Made by a program: the position numbers and the translations under genes. The notes below the pieces were generated by a model that was not told where the DNA came from, made no database searches, and saw only the letters and a list, made by a program, of their open reading frames with translations. A DNA stretch of 64,000 nt from Vicinamibacterales bacterium (GTDB taxonomy: Bacteria; Acidobacteriota; Vicinamibacteria; Vicinamibacterales; JAMQPK01). Location of the stretch: assembly GCA_963821395.1 (NCBI GenBank), contig CAWGDY010000011.1:124769-188768 (forward strand), in the 5' to 3' direction. Shown piece by piece: positions 30,352 to 39,880 of the stretch (its first letter is position 1; each line of letters opens with the position of its first letter).

Positions 30352-33300
30352 ACGACTGGGCCCGCGTCAAAGAGATCTTTCACGGCGCGCTCGAGCGCGA
30401 GCCGGTGGATCGCGTGGCCTTTCTGAATGCATCGTGCGGTCACGAGGGCGATGTACGCGCCGAGGTCGAGCGCCTTCTGGCGGCGCACGAACGAGCCGGT
30501 TCGTTCATCGAGGAGTCGCCTGTCGCGATGACGGGACGGGTGATCGGCCACTACCGGATCGATCGCGCGCTTGCCGCCGGCGGCATGGGCCAGGTGTATG
30601 TGGCGCGCGACGTCGAGCTCGACCGGACCGTCGCGATCAAGGTTGCGCTGGGCAACGATGGCGATGCCCATGCGCGCCTGAAGCGCGAGGCGCAGCATGC
30701 CTCGCAGTTGAATCACCCGAACATCTGCACCATCCACGAAATCGGCGCCTTCGACGGCCAGCCGTTCATCGCGATGGAGTATGTCGAAGGGCAACGCCTG
30801 AGCGATGTCGTCGCGACCGGTAGTTTGCCGATCGAAAACGTCGCGCGATATGGAAGTCAGATCGCGAATGCGCTGGCGCATGCGCATCATCACGGCGTGA
30901 TTCATCGCGATCTCAAGAGCGCCAACGTGATGGTCACTTCGGACGAGCGCGTCAAGGTGCTCGATTTCGGACTGGCGCGGCGTCATTCGCCGGATCACCT
31001 CAAAGATCTGTCGATGTCGCGCGAGTCGGTGACCGGGCACGAGCTGGTAGCGGGCACGCTTTCCTGTATGGCGCCCGAACTGTTGCGTGGAGGTACCGCA
31101 GACGCGCGCAGCGATATCTGGGCGCTCGGCTTGCTGTTGTACGAAATGGCCACCGGGAAACGGCCGTTCACCGGTTCGACGGGATTTGAATTGACCGGCG
31201 CGATTCTTCATCAGCCGCCTGCGCCGTTGCCCGCCGACGTGCCTTTGTCTCTCAAGCAGATCATCCTGCGGTGCCTCGAGAAGGAACCCCGGCAGCGCTA
31301 TCAGCAGGCCGGCGATGTCCGTGCTGCGCTCGAGTTGATGAAGCCGCATCGAGAGCCTCAGCCCCATCGCGCGCCATTGCCGTGGCGGCGATCGCGCTGG
31401 TAGTCGCCGCGGTTATCGGCCTTCCGTATGCGTGGCGCAACTCGAGCCCCGCGTCTTCTGCTGCAGCTACCGCGGTGTCGCGTCCGAATGCGATCGCCGT
31501 GATGAATTTCGAGAACGTTGCAGGGACGCCCGACACGGCGTGGCTGTCGAAGGGCGTGCCGCGGATGCTGGTGACCGGACTCGCTCAGACGAACGGCCTG
31601 CATATCGTCAGCGCGCCGCACCTCGAGGAAGCGGCGAGAAAGATGGGCGGGACGAACATCGACGTGCTCAGCAGTGCCCAGTTCGCCGACGTGGCGCGGC
31701 AATCGGGGGCGAGTGCGGTCGTGAGTGGCACCATCATGAGAGCCGGCAATGAGATCCGCGTCGACGTGCAGCTCCACGATTTGGCGAGCGGCCGTGTGAT
31801 CGGTGCAGACACGGCCCGTGGGACCGACGTGTTCGCCATTGCCGACGACCTGACGACTCGCATTCGAATGGCTGCCGGCTTTTCGGATTCGGCCGGCGTA
31901 CGGCGTGTCTCTGATGTGTCTTCCTCATCTCTCGAGGCATACCGCTTGTATTCGGAGGGCGTCGACGCGTGTCTGAACATGCGGTGGGTCGACGCGTTGA
32001 AACTGCTCGACGAGGCGGTCGCCATCGATCCGGGATTCGCCGAAGCGTATGTGCAGCTGGCGTCGGTCAGGACCGCTCATGGATTGCCCGCGACGACCAA
32101 ACGCGAGGAGTATCTGCGGAAGGCGGCGCAGTATTCGGATCGCCTGAGCACACAGCAGCGCCGGTTTCTGGAACTGCAGCTGGCGCGCGGGAATCCGACG
32201 AAGGTGAGACCGCTGCTCGACGCGTTCATCCGGGATTATCCGCTCGTCGAGGAGGCGTACAGCCAAGCGACCAGCCTCTACAATCCGGTGCTCAGCGGTT
32301 ACTTCGACCCGGACAAGCTCGTGTCGTTGACCGAGGCCGGCGTCAGGTCGATGCCGGCTTCCGGTCCGGCGCGTAACTCCTACGGCTACGGGTTGTTGCT
32401 GGCGGGACGTTATGCCTGAGGGCGCTTCGCGAGTTCGAAACATATGCGCGATTGGCGCCACGTGAGCCGAATCCTTACGACAGCATGGGCGAGGCGTACC
32501 TGAACCTGGGAAGACCCGAACGAGCGCTCGAGAGTTATTCGCGTGCCCGTTCGATCGATCCGACATTCGACACGCGCGCAATGGACAGGCGTTGACGGTT
32601 GCGGCATTGGGCCGGTACGATGAGGCGCTCGGTCTGAATGCAGACCTGGTCGTTGAAAGGGCGATCCTGCTTACACGAGTTGGACGGTACCGTGAAGCGG
32701 CGCAGCTACTGGCGACGGGCAACCGTGGAGGTCTCGCGTTGGGCTTCGACGCACTCGCCGATGGAACGTTGCATCTGATGGCAGGGGTCATTGCGCTGGA
32801 GCGCCGCGACGGTGACGGCGCCTCGAGAGAGGTGGGCGTGGCGGAGCGCATCTTTGATGCAGAGCGGCATCAGCGGACGCCACTGTATTTGACGGTGACG
32901 CATCTCTTGGCCGGAGTGGCAGCAATCGCAAACGGCAACATCTCTGAGGCGCGCTCGCGGCTCGACCGGCAGAAGCAATTGTATAGACCAGATTTCGACA
33001 TGGAAGCGTGGTTCGTGAGAGCTCTGGAAGGCGAGCTTGCGCTGGCCTCCGGCGACGCGCAAAAAGCGGCCGTCGCCTTTTCCACCGGCGAACCCAGGCG
33101 CAGACTCTTCGGATTCGATCCGGTTGGCTTCGGTGTGTTTGTCAATCACCTTCCGTCCCGCGACGGTCTCGCGCGCGCCGCGAAAGCCCGCGGCGACCTT
33201 GCCGGAGCGATCGCGGCCTACCGCAAGCTGCTGACACCGAACGCCGATTCGATCTGGGTGAGCGCGCTCGAGCCGCGGTACGTGCTCGAGCTCGCGAGAT

Positions 33301-33437
33301 TACTGGAGAAGACGGGCGACAGGACGGGTGCGTTGAAAGAGTTCGAGCGGTTCCTGGATTTGTGGAAGCAGGCCGACCCCGGGTTGCCCGAGCTCGCCGA
33401 GGCCCGTCGCGCGGTCGCCAGGCTTCATGGCTCATAA
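30348..33437 (+). CDS. Ser/Thr protein kinase 1 with TM, TolB-like/FlgO domain and TPRs (frameshifts near 31380, 32415, 32575)
   Basis: AGGMGQVY, VAIK, HRDLKSAN, DFG, GTLSCMAPE, DIWALG; IAVMNFEN; TPR-like repeats. Split over ORFs 29823-31403, 31271-32419 and 32592-33437. Confidence 0.85.
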
Positions 33438-36400
33438 CCCCGACTGGCCTCGCGTCAAAGAGCTCTTCCACGGCGCGCTCGAGCGCCAGCCGGAGGATCG
33501 CGTGGCGTTTGTGCACACGTCGTGCGACGAGGCCGAGGTGCGTGCGGAAGTGGAGCGCCTGCTCGCGGCGCACCAGCAGGCCGGCGGCTTCATCGAGCAG
33601 TCGCCCGTTGCCATGGCCGGCCGTGTCATCGGCCACTACCAGATCGAACGCGCACTCGGCGCCGGCGGTATGGGGGCGGTCTATCTCGCGCGAGACCTCG
33701 AGCTCGGCCGGCCGGTCGCCATCAAGATTGCGATCGGCAGCGATGAGGACGCGAAGGCGAGGTTGAAGCGCGAAGCGCAATATGCCTCGCAGCTGAATCA
33801 TCCGCACATCTGCACGATTCACGAAGTCGGGACCGCCGACGATCAACCCTTCATCGTGATGGAGTTTGTCGAAGGGCAGCGGCTGTCGGACCTGATTCCC
33901 GCACAGGGACTGCCCGTTGACGATGTGAAGCGGTATGGGATGCAGATCGCGGATGCGCTGGCGCACGCACACCACCATGGCGTGACCCATCGCGATCTGA
34001 AAGCCGCGAACATCGTCGTCACGCCGGAAGGCCGTGCGAAAGTGCTCGATTTCGGGCTGGCGCGCCGGGTTCCGGCCGAGACGCTCAAGGATCTGTCCGA
34101 GTCCCGCCAATCGGTCGCGGACGAGAGCGGGATGATCGCCGGGACGCTGGCGTGCATGGCGCCCGAGCTCTTCCGCGGCGCGACGCCCGACGCACGCAGC
34201 GACATCTGGTCGCTTGGCGTGCTCCTCTACGAAATGGCGACGGGGACGCGACCGTTCTCGGGCGCGACCGGTTTCGAGTTGAGCGGCGCCATTCTGCACG
34301 AGCCGCCCGCACCGTGGCCCGACCGGGTGCCACAGTCGATCCGGACGATCGCCAAGCGGTGTCTCGAAAAAGATCCTGGCGAACGTTACGCGGACGCTGA
34401 AGACGTTCGACGGGCCATCGGTGACGCATCGTTTGCGGGGCCGACTCGTATCGTGCCGCGGCCGGCAGCGGCCGCCGCCAGGCCCTCGCTTCTCTCGCGG
34501 TGCTGGCGATCCCGCATCGCGTGGGCCGTCGCCGCCGCGCTCGTCCTGGGCGGCGTATACCGCATGCAACGCTCGACTCAGGAAGAAGCGCCGGTCGCAT
34601 TGGGCGCGTCCGGCCGTCCGGCGATTGCGGTCTTGAACTTCGAGGCAGCGGGAGGGACCGATGCCGCGTGGCTGTCCCAGGGCATCCCGAGCATGCTGTT
34701 GACCGGCCTCGCGCAGACCCGCGGGCTCGATCTCGTCAGCACGCAGCGCCTGGTTGAGGCCGCACGGCAGCAGGGCGCACCAGATCTCAAAACACTCGAG
34801 TTCGACAGGGCTGTCCAGGTGGCGAAGCACGCCGGCGCCGGCGCGATCGTCACCGGCAGCGTCCACAAGAACGGTGCGGACATTCGGATTGACGCGCGCG
34901 TGGAAGATCTTGCAAGCGGCCGAGTCCTCACCGCGCAGAGCGTGCGAGGCACCGATGCGTTTGCGCTCGTCGATCAGCTTGCCGCGCGCATTCGCGACAG
35001 CGTGGGCATCCTCGCCGCGACGGGCATTCGGCACACCACCGACGTCTCCACATCCTCGCTCGACGCCTTCCGGTTGTATTCCATCGGAGCCGATGCGTTC
35101 GCGAACTTTCGCGGGCCTGAGGCCGCCAGAGCGCTGGAGCAGGCCGTGCAGGTCGACCCTGCCTTCGCCGAGGCGTACCTCGAGCTGGCGTCGGTGGCCG
35201 GGTCCAACGGCGAACCCGCCAAGCGGCGCGAGTATCTGGCCAAGGCCGCCCGGTACGCCGATCGCCTCAGCGAGCGCCGGCGGCTTCTGCTGGATGCCCA
35301 GGTGGCACGGGACAAAGGGAATGTTGCCGCGACTACCCGCGCGTTGGACGAGCTCATAGCGAAGTTTCCGGATACCGAGATCGCGTACACGATTGCGGGG
35401 CTCCACTACGGTGCCGAGCTTCGTGAAACGGACAAACAGCTCCAGATCATGAAAACCGGCATCGCTGCGCTGCCGGCGTCGGGACCGGTGTTGAACAACT
35501 ACGGATATGCGTTGATGGAAGCCGGACGGTATGCGGAGGGCCTCCGCGCGTTCGAGCGGTACGTGGAGCTTGAGCCGCGCGAAGCGAATTCTTATGACAG
35601 TCTTGCCGAGGGGTACTTGAGAGGAGGATCGGCTGAGAAGGCGGTGGAGCTCTACCAGCAAGCGATCGCCGTCGATCCCACCTTCTCCGGTTCGCGGATC
35701 ACCCTCGCGTGGGCGCTCGCCGTCCTGGGACGATACGACGAGGCCATGGCACTCAGGACGCCGCTCAAATCTGAGGAAGCCTTTCTGCTCTCACGGCTGG
35801 GGCGTTATAGGGAAGCGGCAACGGCGCTTGCCGCCGGGAGGCAAGAGGCCGAACGGGACGCGAACCTCGCCGAGCAGTCCGAGTACAGCCTGATCGCGGC
35901 TGTGATTGCGCTGGAACGACAGGATTACGCGCGAGCGTTCGACGAGCTGTCTCTGGCGGAACGTGCGGTCGCCGGCGATACCAGGTTCCGTCAGCGCCGG
36001 CACGGCGTGCTCATCAACTTACTGCGAGGCATCGCCGACCTGGCCACTGGTCAGCGCGATGCCGTGCGTGCGCGTCAGTCTCTTCTCGAATCGTTGCACG
36101 CGCCCGGGATCGCCGAGGAAAGATTCTGGTATCGGACGCTGGAAGGAGAGGTCGCCCTTGCGCGCGGCGACATCCCGCGCGCAAGGGCCGCGTTTGCCGG
36201 CGCTGAACCGACGAAGCCGATTTTTTTCAAGATGCAGCGAGGCTGGCTCCCGACGCTCGTGAACGGTCTTTCGTTCAGGGATGGTGCGGCGCGTGCCGCG
36301 AAAGCACAGGGCAACCTCACCGAGGCGATACAACTCTACCGCCGGCTGCTGGTCTATGGTCCGGAACCGAAATTTGTCTCGGTGGTCGAGCCTCGATATG

Positions 36401-36810
36401 TGCTCGAGCTGGCAAGGCTGCTGGAGAAAACAGGCGACGGCGGCAACGCGTTGAAAGAGTACGATCGCTTTCTGGATTTCTGGAAGCGGGCCGATCCGGG
36501 GTTGCCCGAGCTCGCCGAGGCCCGTCGCGCGGTCGCCAGGCTTCAGGGCTCATCGCCTATCGCCCGTCGCCCAAAGACCATAGCCCATCGCCCAGCAGAA
36601 GGCTGTTATCATCGGATCAATGCGGCTGCTGGTTCCTTTCTTCACGGTCGCCCTCGCAGTGCCGCTGGTTACCGCCGCACAAACCGCGGAGCCGCCACCG
36701 CGATGGACGATCAGCCCGCGCGCCGGCCCTGCGTCGCAGGGTTGGCCTCGGAATCCGCCGCCGCGGTTCACGATTCCCGCGCGCGGAACAAGCGGACTGC
36801 CTCTTCCTGA
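33427..36810 (+). CDS. Ser/Thr protein kinase 2, paralog of kinase 1 (homology ends near 36553; ORF reads through a heptamer array)
   Basis: GAGGMGAVY, HRDLKAAN, DFG, GTLACMAPE, TM segment, IAVLNFE, TPRs. Confidence 0.88.
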   Translation: MAHNPDWPRVKELFHGALERQPEDRVAFVHTSCDEAEVRAEVERLLAAHQQAGGFIEQSPVAMAGRVIGHYQIERALGAGGMGAVYLARDLELGRPVAIKIAIGSDEDAKARLKREAQYASQLNHPHICTIHEVGTADDQPFIVMEFVEGQRLSDLIPAQGLPVDDVKRYGMQIADALAHAHHHGVTHRDLKAANIVVTPEGRAKVLDFGLARRVPAETLKDLSESRQSVADESGMIAGTLACMAPELFRGATPDARSDIWSLGVLLYEMATGTRPFSGATGFELSGAILHEPPAPWPDRVPQSIRTIAKRCLEKDPGERYADAEDVRRAIGDASFAGPTRIVPRPAAAAARPSLLSRCWRSRIAWAVAAALVLGGVYRMQRSTQEEAPVALGASGRPAIAVLNFEAAGGTDAAWLSQGIPSMLLTGLAQTRGLDLVSTQRLVEAARQQGAPDLKTLEFDRAVQVAKHAGAGAIVTGSVHKNGADIRIDARVEDLASGRVLTAQSVRGTDAFALVDQLAARIRDSVGILAATGIRHTTDVSTSSLDAFRLYSIGADAFANFRGPEAARALEQAVQVDPAFAEAYLELASVAGSNGEPAKRREYLAKAARYADRLSERRRLLLDAQVARDKGNVAATTRALDELIAKFPDTEIAYTIAGLHYGAELRETDKQLQIMKTGIAALPASGPVLNNYGYALMEAGRYAEGLRAFERYVELEPREANSYDSLAEGYLRGGSAEKAVELYQQAIAVDPTFSGSRITLAWALAVLGRYDEAMALRTPLKSEEAFLLSRLGRYREAATALAAGRQEAERDANLAEQSEYSLIAAVIALERQDYARAFDELSLAERAVAGDTRFRQRRHGVLINLLRGIADLATGQRDAVRARQSLLESLHAPGIAEERFWYRTLEGEVALARGDIPRARAAFAGAEPTKPIFFKMQRGWLPTLVNGLSFRDGAARAAKAQGNLTEAIQLYRRLLVYGPEPKFVSVVEPRYVLELARLLEKTGDGGNALKEYDRFLDFWKRADPGLPELAEARRAVARLQGSSPIARRPKTIAHRPAEGCYHRINAAAGSFLHGRPRSAAGYRRTNRGAATAMDDQPARRPCVAGLASESAAAVHDSRARNKRTASS
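36551..36592. repeat. Heptamer array (catcgcc)x6, degenerate
   Basis: catcgcc tatcgcc cgtcgcc caaagac catagcc catcgcc. Confidence 0.75.
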
Positions 36811-37363
36811 AATTGGCCTGCAGCTGCCACCGGTTGGACTTCAACCACCGCCGGGCACCGGCGACGGCGGACACGGCCGGAATCACCGGGGCGGAGTGTT
36901 CCCTGTCTGGCCGGTTGCGATCTACTACGCGCCGTTCTACGACCCGTTCGTGCCGCATGCCGAATCGGCTCCCGCGCCGGCGCCTGTTGAACAGCCGCCG
37001 CAAACCGGACGGCTCATCCTTGCCCCGCAGCCCGAGGGCGCCCAGGTTTTCATCGATGGCTACTATGCGGGCGTACCCGAAGATTTCGATCTCGCGCGCG
37101 GTGGTGGAGCTGTCGAGGCGGGACAGCACCGAATCGATCTCAGCGCGCCCGGCTACGAACCGATCGCCGTCGACGTGAGAATCGCCCCCACTCAGACGAT
37201 CACGTACCGCGAGACGTTGAAGAGAACGCCGGCGCCAGCCCTCGCCAGCGGGCCGACGACGTTCTACCTGATTCCCGGGTGCTACATGGGAAACGTTCCG
37301 CCGAAAGATGCACATCTGCCCGCGACCTGCGATTTGGGACGCGCCGTCGAGTTTAAGTATTAA
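36620..37363 (+). CDS. Exported PEGA-domain protein
   Basis: Signal peptide, Pro-rich region, PEGAQVFIDGYYAG...GQHRIDLSAPGY, C-terminal FYLIPGCYMGNVPP. Confidence 0.75.
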   Translation: MRLLVPFFTVALAVPLVTAAQTAEPPPRWTISPRAGPASQGWPRNPPPRFTIPARGTSGLPLPEIGLQLPPVGLQPPPGTGDGGHGRNHRGGVFPVWPVAIYYAPFYDPFVPHAESAPAPAPVEQPPQTGRLILAPQPEGAQVFIDGYYAGVPEDFDLARGGGAVEAGQHRIDLSAPGYEPIAVDVRIAPTQTITYRETLKRTPAPALASGPTTFYLIPGCYMGNVPPKDAHLPATCDLGRAVEFKY

Positions 37364-37390
37364 AATCTCACAATCAGAAGAGATGCCTAC

Positions 37391-39880
37391 GTGCCGGCGC
37401 TGGTGTGTGGCGCGGCGATCGGTCTTTCGATCGCCGCCGCTCCCGTGGTGTCCGGATTCGGCCGTGCCCAGTCCGGCTTCAGACAGACCCAGTCGGCACC
37501 GGCAACCACCTCGCCTGAGCAGGCACTCGTCTCGCGCTACTGCGTAACCTGTCACAACGATCGATCGAAAGCCGGCGGGCTGTCGCTCGAAAAACTGGAC
37601 GTGTCCAACATCGGCGCGCACGCGGAGGTCTGGGAAAAAGTCGTCCAGAAGCTGCATGGCCACCTGATGCCACCGCCCGGGCGTCCGAAGCCGGACGAGA
37701 CGGCGCTCGACGGGTTGACGGCGTATCTCGAAACGTCGCTCGATCGATCGGCCGGCGAGAACCCGAATCCGGGCCGTACCGAGGCGCTTCATCGTCTCAA
37801 TCGCGCGGAGTATCGCAACGCGGTTCGCGATCTCCTCGCGCTCGACATCGACGTCAGCGCGATGCTGCCCGCCGACGACATCAGCTACGGCTTCGACAAC
37901 ATCGCCGGCGTGCAGCGGATGTCGCCGACGCTCATGGAACGGTACCTCGCCGCGGCTCAGAAGATCAGTTCCGTGGCGGTTGGCGCGTCGCCGCGTGCGG
38001 CGACCACCGAGACCGTTCTCGTGCCTTCCGATCTGCGCCAGGACGATCGGGTCGAGGGGCTGCCGTTTGGCACGCGCGGCGGCGCGCTGATCCGGCACAA
38101 TTTTCCGCGCGATGGCACCTATAGCGTCCGCGTACAGTTGACGCGCTACCTGGGTGCCAGCTTTGACGATATTCCCGCGTTCGACCAGTCGCAGCGGCTC
38201 GAGCTGAGCGTGGACGGCACGCCCGTTCACGTGTTCGAGCTCACCACCCCCACCAAAGAAGGCCGCGGATATTCAGGACCGAATCGCCGCGCGCTCGACG
38301 CGGATTGGCAGGTTCGCTTCCAGGCGAAGGCCGGCGGGCGGGACGTCGCGCTCACGTTTCTCAACCGGACGCCGGCGCTGCTCGAAAACCTGCTCGAGCC
38401 GTTCGACAAACCGACGCCTGGTGGACCGAACGGGTACTACACGACGCAGAAGGGCGCGTACCTTCGAAGCATCGAGATCAGCGGGCCGTACGAAGCCACT
38501 GGCGCCGGCGATACGCCCAGCCGTCAGCGGATCTTCGTCTGCCGTCCAAAGAGCGCGCCCTCGTCGGTAGTCCAGCCCTCGTCGGTGGCGCCGTCCCCAT
38601 CGGTAGCGCAGGGCTTCAGCCCTGCCTCCGACGAAACCGCGTGTGCGAAAACCATCCTGCGGACGCTGGCCCGCCGTGCGTTCAGACGTCCGGTCACCGA
38701 CGCCGACATCCAGACCGTCATGGCGTCGTACGAAGAAGGACACGCCGCGCGCGGCTTCGAGCTCGGCATCGAACGTGCTGTAGAAAGCCTGCTGGTCAGT
38801 CCGGAATTCTTGTACCGAATCGAGCGCGAGCCCGCGGATGGCGCGTCGATTTACCGCATCAGCGATCTCGAGCTGGCCTCGCGGCTGTCCTTTTTCCTCT
38901 GGAGCAGCATCCCGGACGACGCGCTGATCGATGCGGCGGCGTCGGGCAAATTGCGGAACCCGGCTGTCCTCGAGGGCCACGTGCGGCGCATGCTCGCCGA
39001 TCCGCGTGCCGACGCGCTCGTCAGGAATTTCGTGGGGCAGTGGCTGTTCCTCCGCAACCTCCCGACGGTGCTGCCCGATCCCAGGCGCGAGCTCGATTTC
39101 GATGAAGATCTGCGCCAGGGCTTCAGGCGCGAGACCGAGCTCTTTGCCGGCAGCATTCTGAAGGAAGATCGCAGCGTGCTCGAGCTGCTGACCGCGAACT
39201 ATACGTTCGTGAACGAGCGGCTCGCGAAGCACTACGGCATCCCGAACATACGGGGCGCGCACTTCCGGCGCGTCGAGCAGACCGACGATCGCCGGCGCGG
39301 CATCCTTGGCCACGGGAGCGTGCTTGCGGTGACCTCGTACCCGCACCGGACCTCGCCGGTCGTACGCGGCAAGTGGATTCTCGAGAATCTGCTCGGCACG
39401 CCGGTGCCGCCTCCGCTGCCGGACGTGCCCGCGTTGGTGGAGAAGCCGAACCCGGCCGACGAAAACCAGACGATGCGGCAGCGGATCGCGCAGCATCGCG
39501 CGAACCCCGCGTGCGCGGGCTGCCACTCGATGATGGATCCGCTGGGGTTGTCGCTGGAGAACTTCGACATGGTGGGGCGCTGGCGCGACGTCGACGAGGC
39601 GCTCGCGCCCATCGACGCCTCCGGTGGGCTGCCCGATGGCCGGACGTTCCAGGGGCCTGCCGGGCTGCGCGGGATCGTGGCCGGCAATCCCGATCAGTTC
39701 GTGAGAACGCTCACCGGGAAACTGATGACCTACGCGCTCGGCCGCGGGCTCGAGTACTACGACATGCCCGCGGTGCGCACGATCGCGCGCGGTTCGGCGA
39801 AGCAGAATTACCGTGCGTCCGCCCTTATCGTGGGCATCGTCAACAGTCGTCCCTTCCAGATGCGGAGGCGGCAGTCATGA
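37391..39880 (+). CDS. Planctomycete-type cytochrome c protein (DUF1587/1595/1592/1588/1585 domains)
   Basis: CVTCH, MPPPG, HRLNRAEYRNAVRDLL, GFDN, ELASRLSFFLWSSIPD, TSPVVRGKW, CAGCH. Confidence 0.9.
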   Translation: MPALVCGAAIGLSIAAAPVVSGFGRAQSGFRQTQSAPATTSPEQALVSRYCVTCHNDRSKAGGLSLEKLDVSNIGAHAEVWEKVVQKLHGHLMPPPGRPKPDETALDGLTAYLETSLDRSAGENPNPGRTEALHRLNRAEYRNAVRDLLALDIDVSAMLPADDISYGFDNIAGVQRMSPTLMERYLAAAQKISSVAVGASPRAATTETVLVPSDLRQDDRVEGLPFGTRGGALIRHNFPRDGTYSVRVQLTRYLGASFDDIPAFDQSQRLELSVDGTPVHVFELTTPTKEGRGYSGPNRRALDADWQVRFQAKAGGRDVALTFLNRTPALLENLLEPFDKPTPGGPNGYYTTQKGAYLRSIEISGPYEATGAGDTPSRQRIFVCRPKSAPSSVVQPSSVAPSPSVAQGFSPASDETACAKTILRTLARRAFRRPVTDADIQTVMASYEEGHAARGFELGIERAVESLLVSPEFLYRIEREPADGASIYRISDLELASRLSFFLWSSIPDDALIDAAASGKLRNPAVLEGHVRRMLADPRADALVRNFVGQWLFLRNLPTVLPDPRRELDFDEDLRQGFRRETELFAGSILKEDRSVLELLTANYTFVNERLAKHYGIPNIRGAHFRRVEQTDDRRRGILGHGSVLAVTSYPHRTSPVVRGKWILENLLGTPVPPPLPDVPALVEKPNPADENQTMRQRIAQHRANPACAGCHSMMDPLGLSLENFDMVGRWRDVDEALAPIDASGGLPDGRTFQGPAGLRGIVAGNPDQFVRTLTGKLMTYALGRGLEYYDMPAVRTIARGSAKQNYRASALIVGIVNSRPFQMRRRQS
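38558..38625 (+). repeat. In-frame GTAG REP plus two decayed 18-nt copies inside the DUF1592 gene
   Basis: gtagcgcagggcttcagccctgc (38603-38625) differs by 1 nt from the intergenic REP at 9113. It encodes PSSVVQ PSSVAP SPSVAQGFSPA. Confidence 0.8.

Noticed and set aside
33142-35661. Long antisense ORFs (also 15062-17209, 26959-29025, 55652-57688 and similar)
   Set aside because: Typical stop-poor reverse frames of high-GC genes, with no recognisable motifs.
33381-36545. Diversity-generating retroelement TR/VR pair
   Set aside because: The shared tract is identical rather than adenine-variable, both copies are coding gene ends, and no reverse transcriptase is present in the window.
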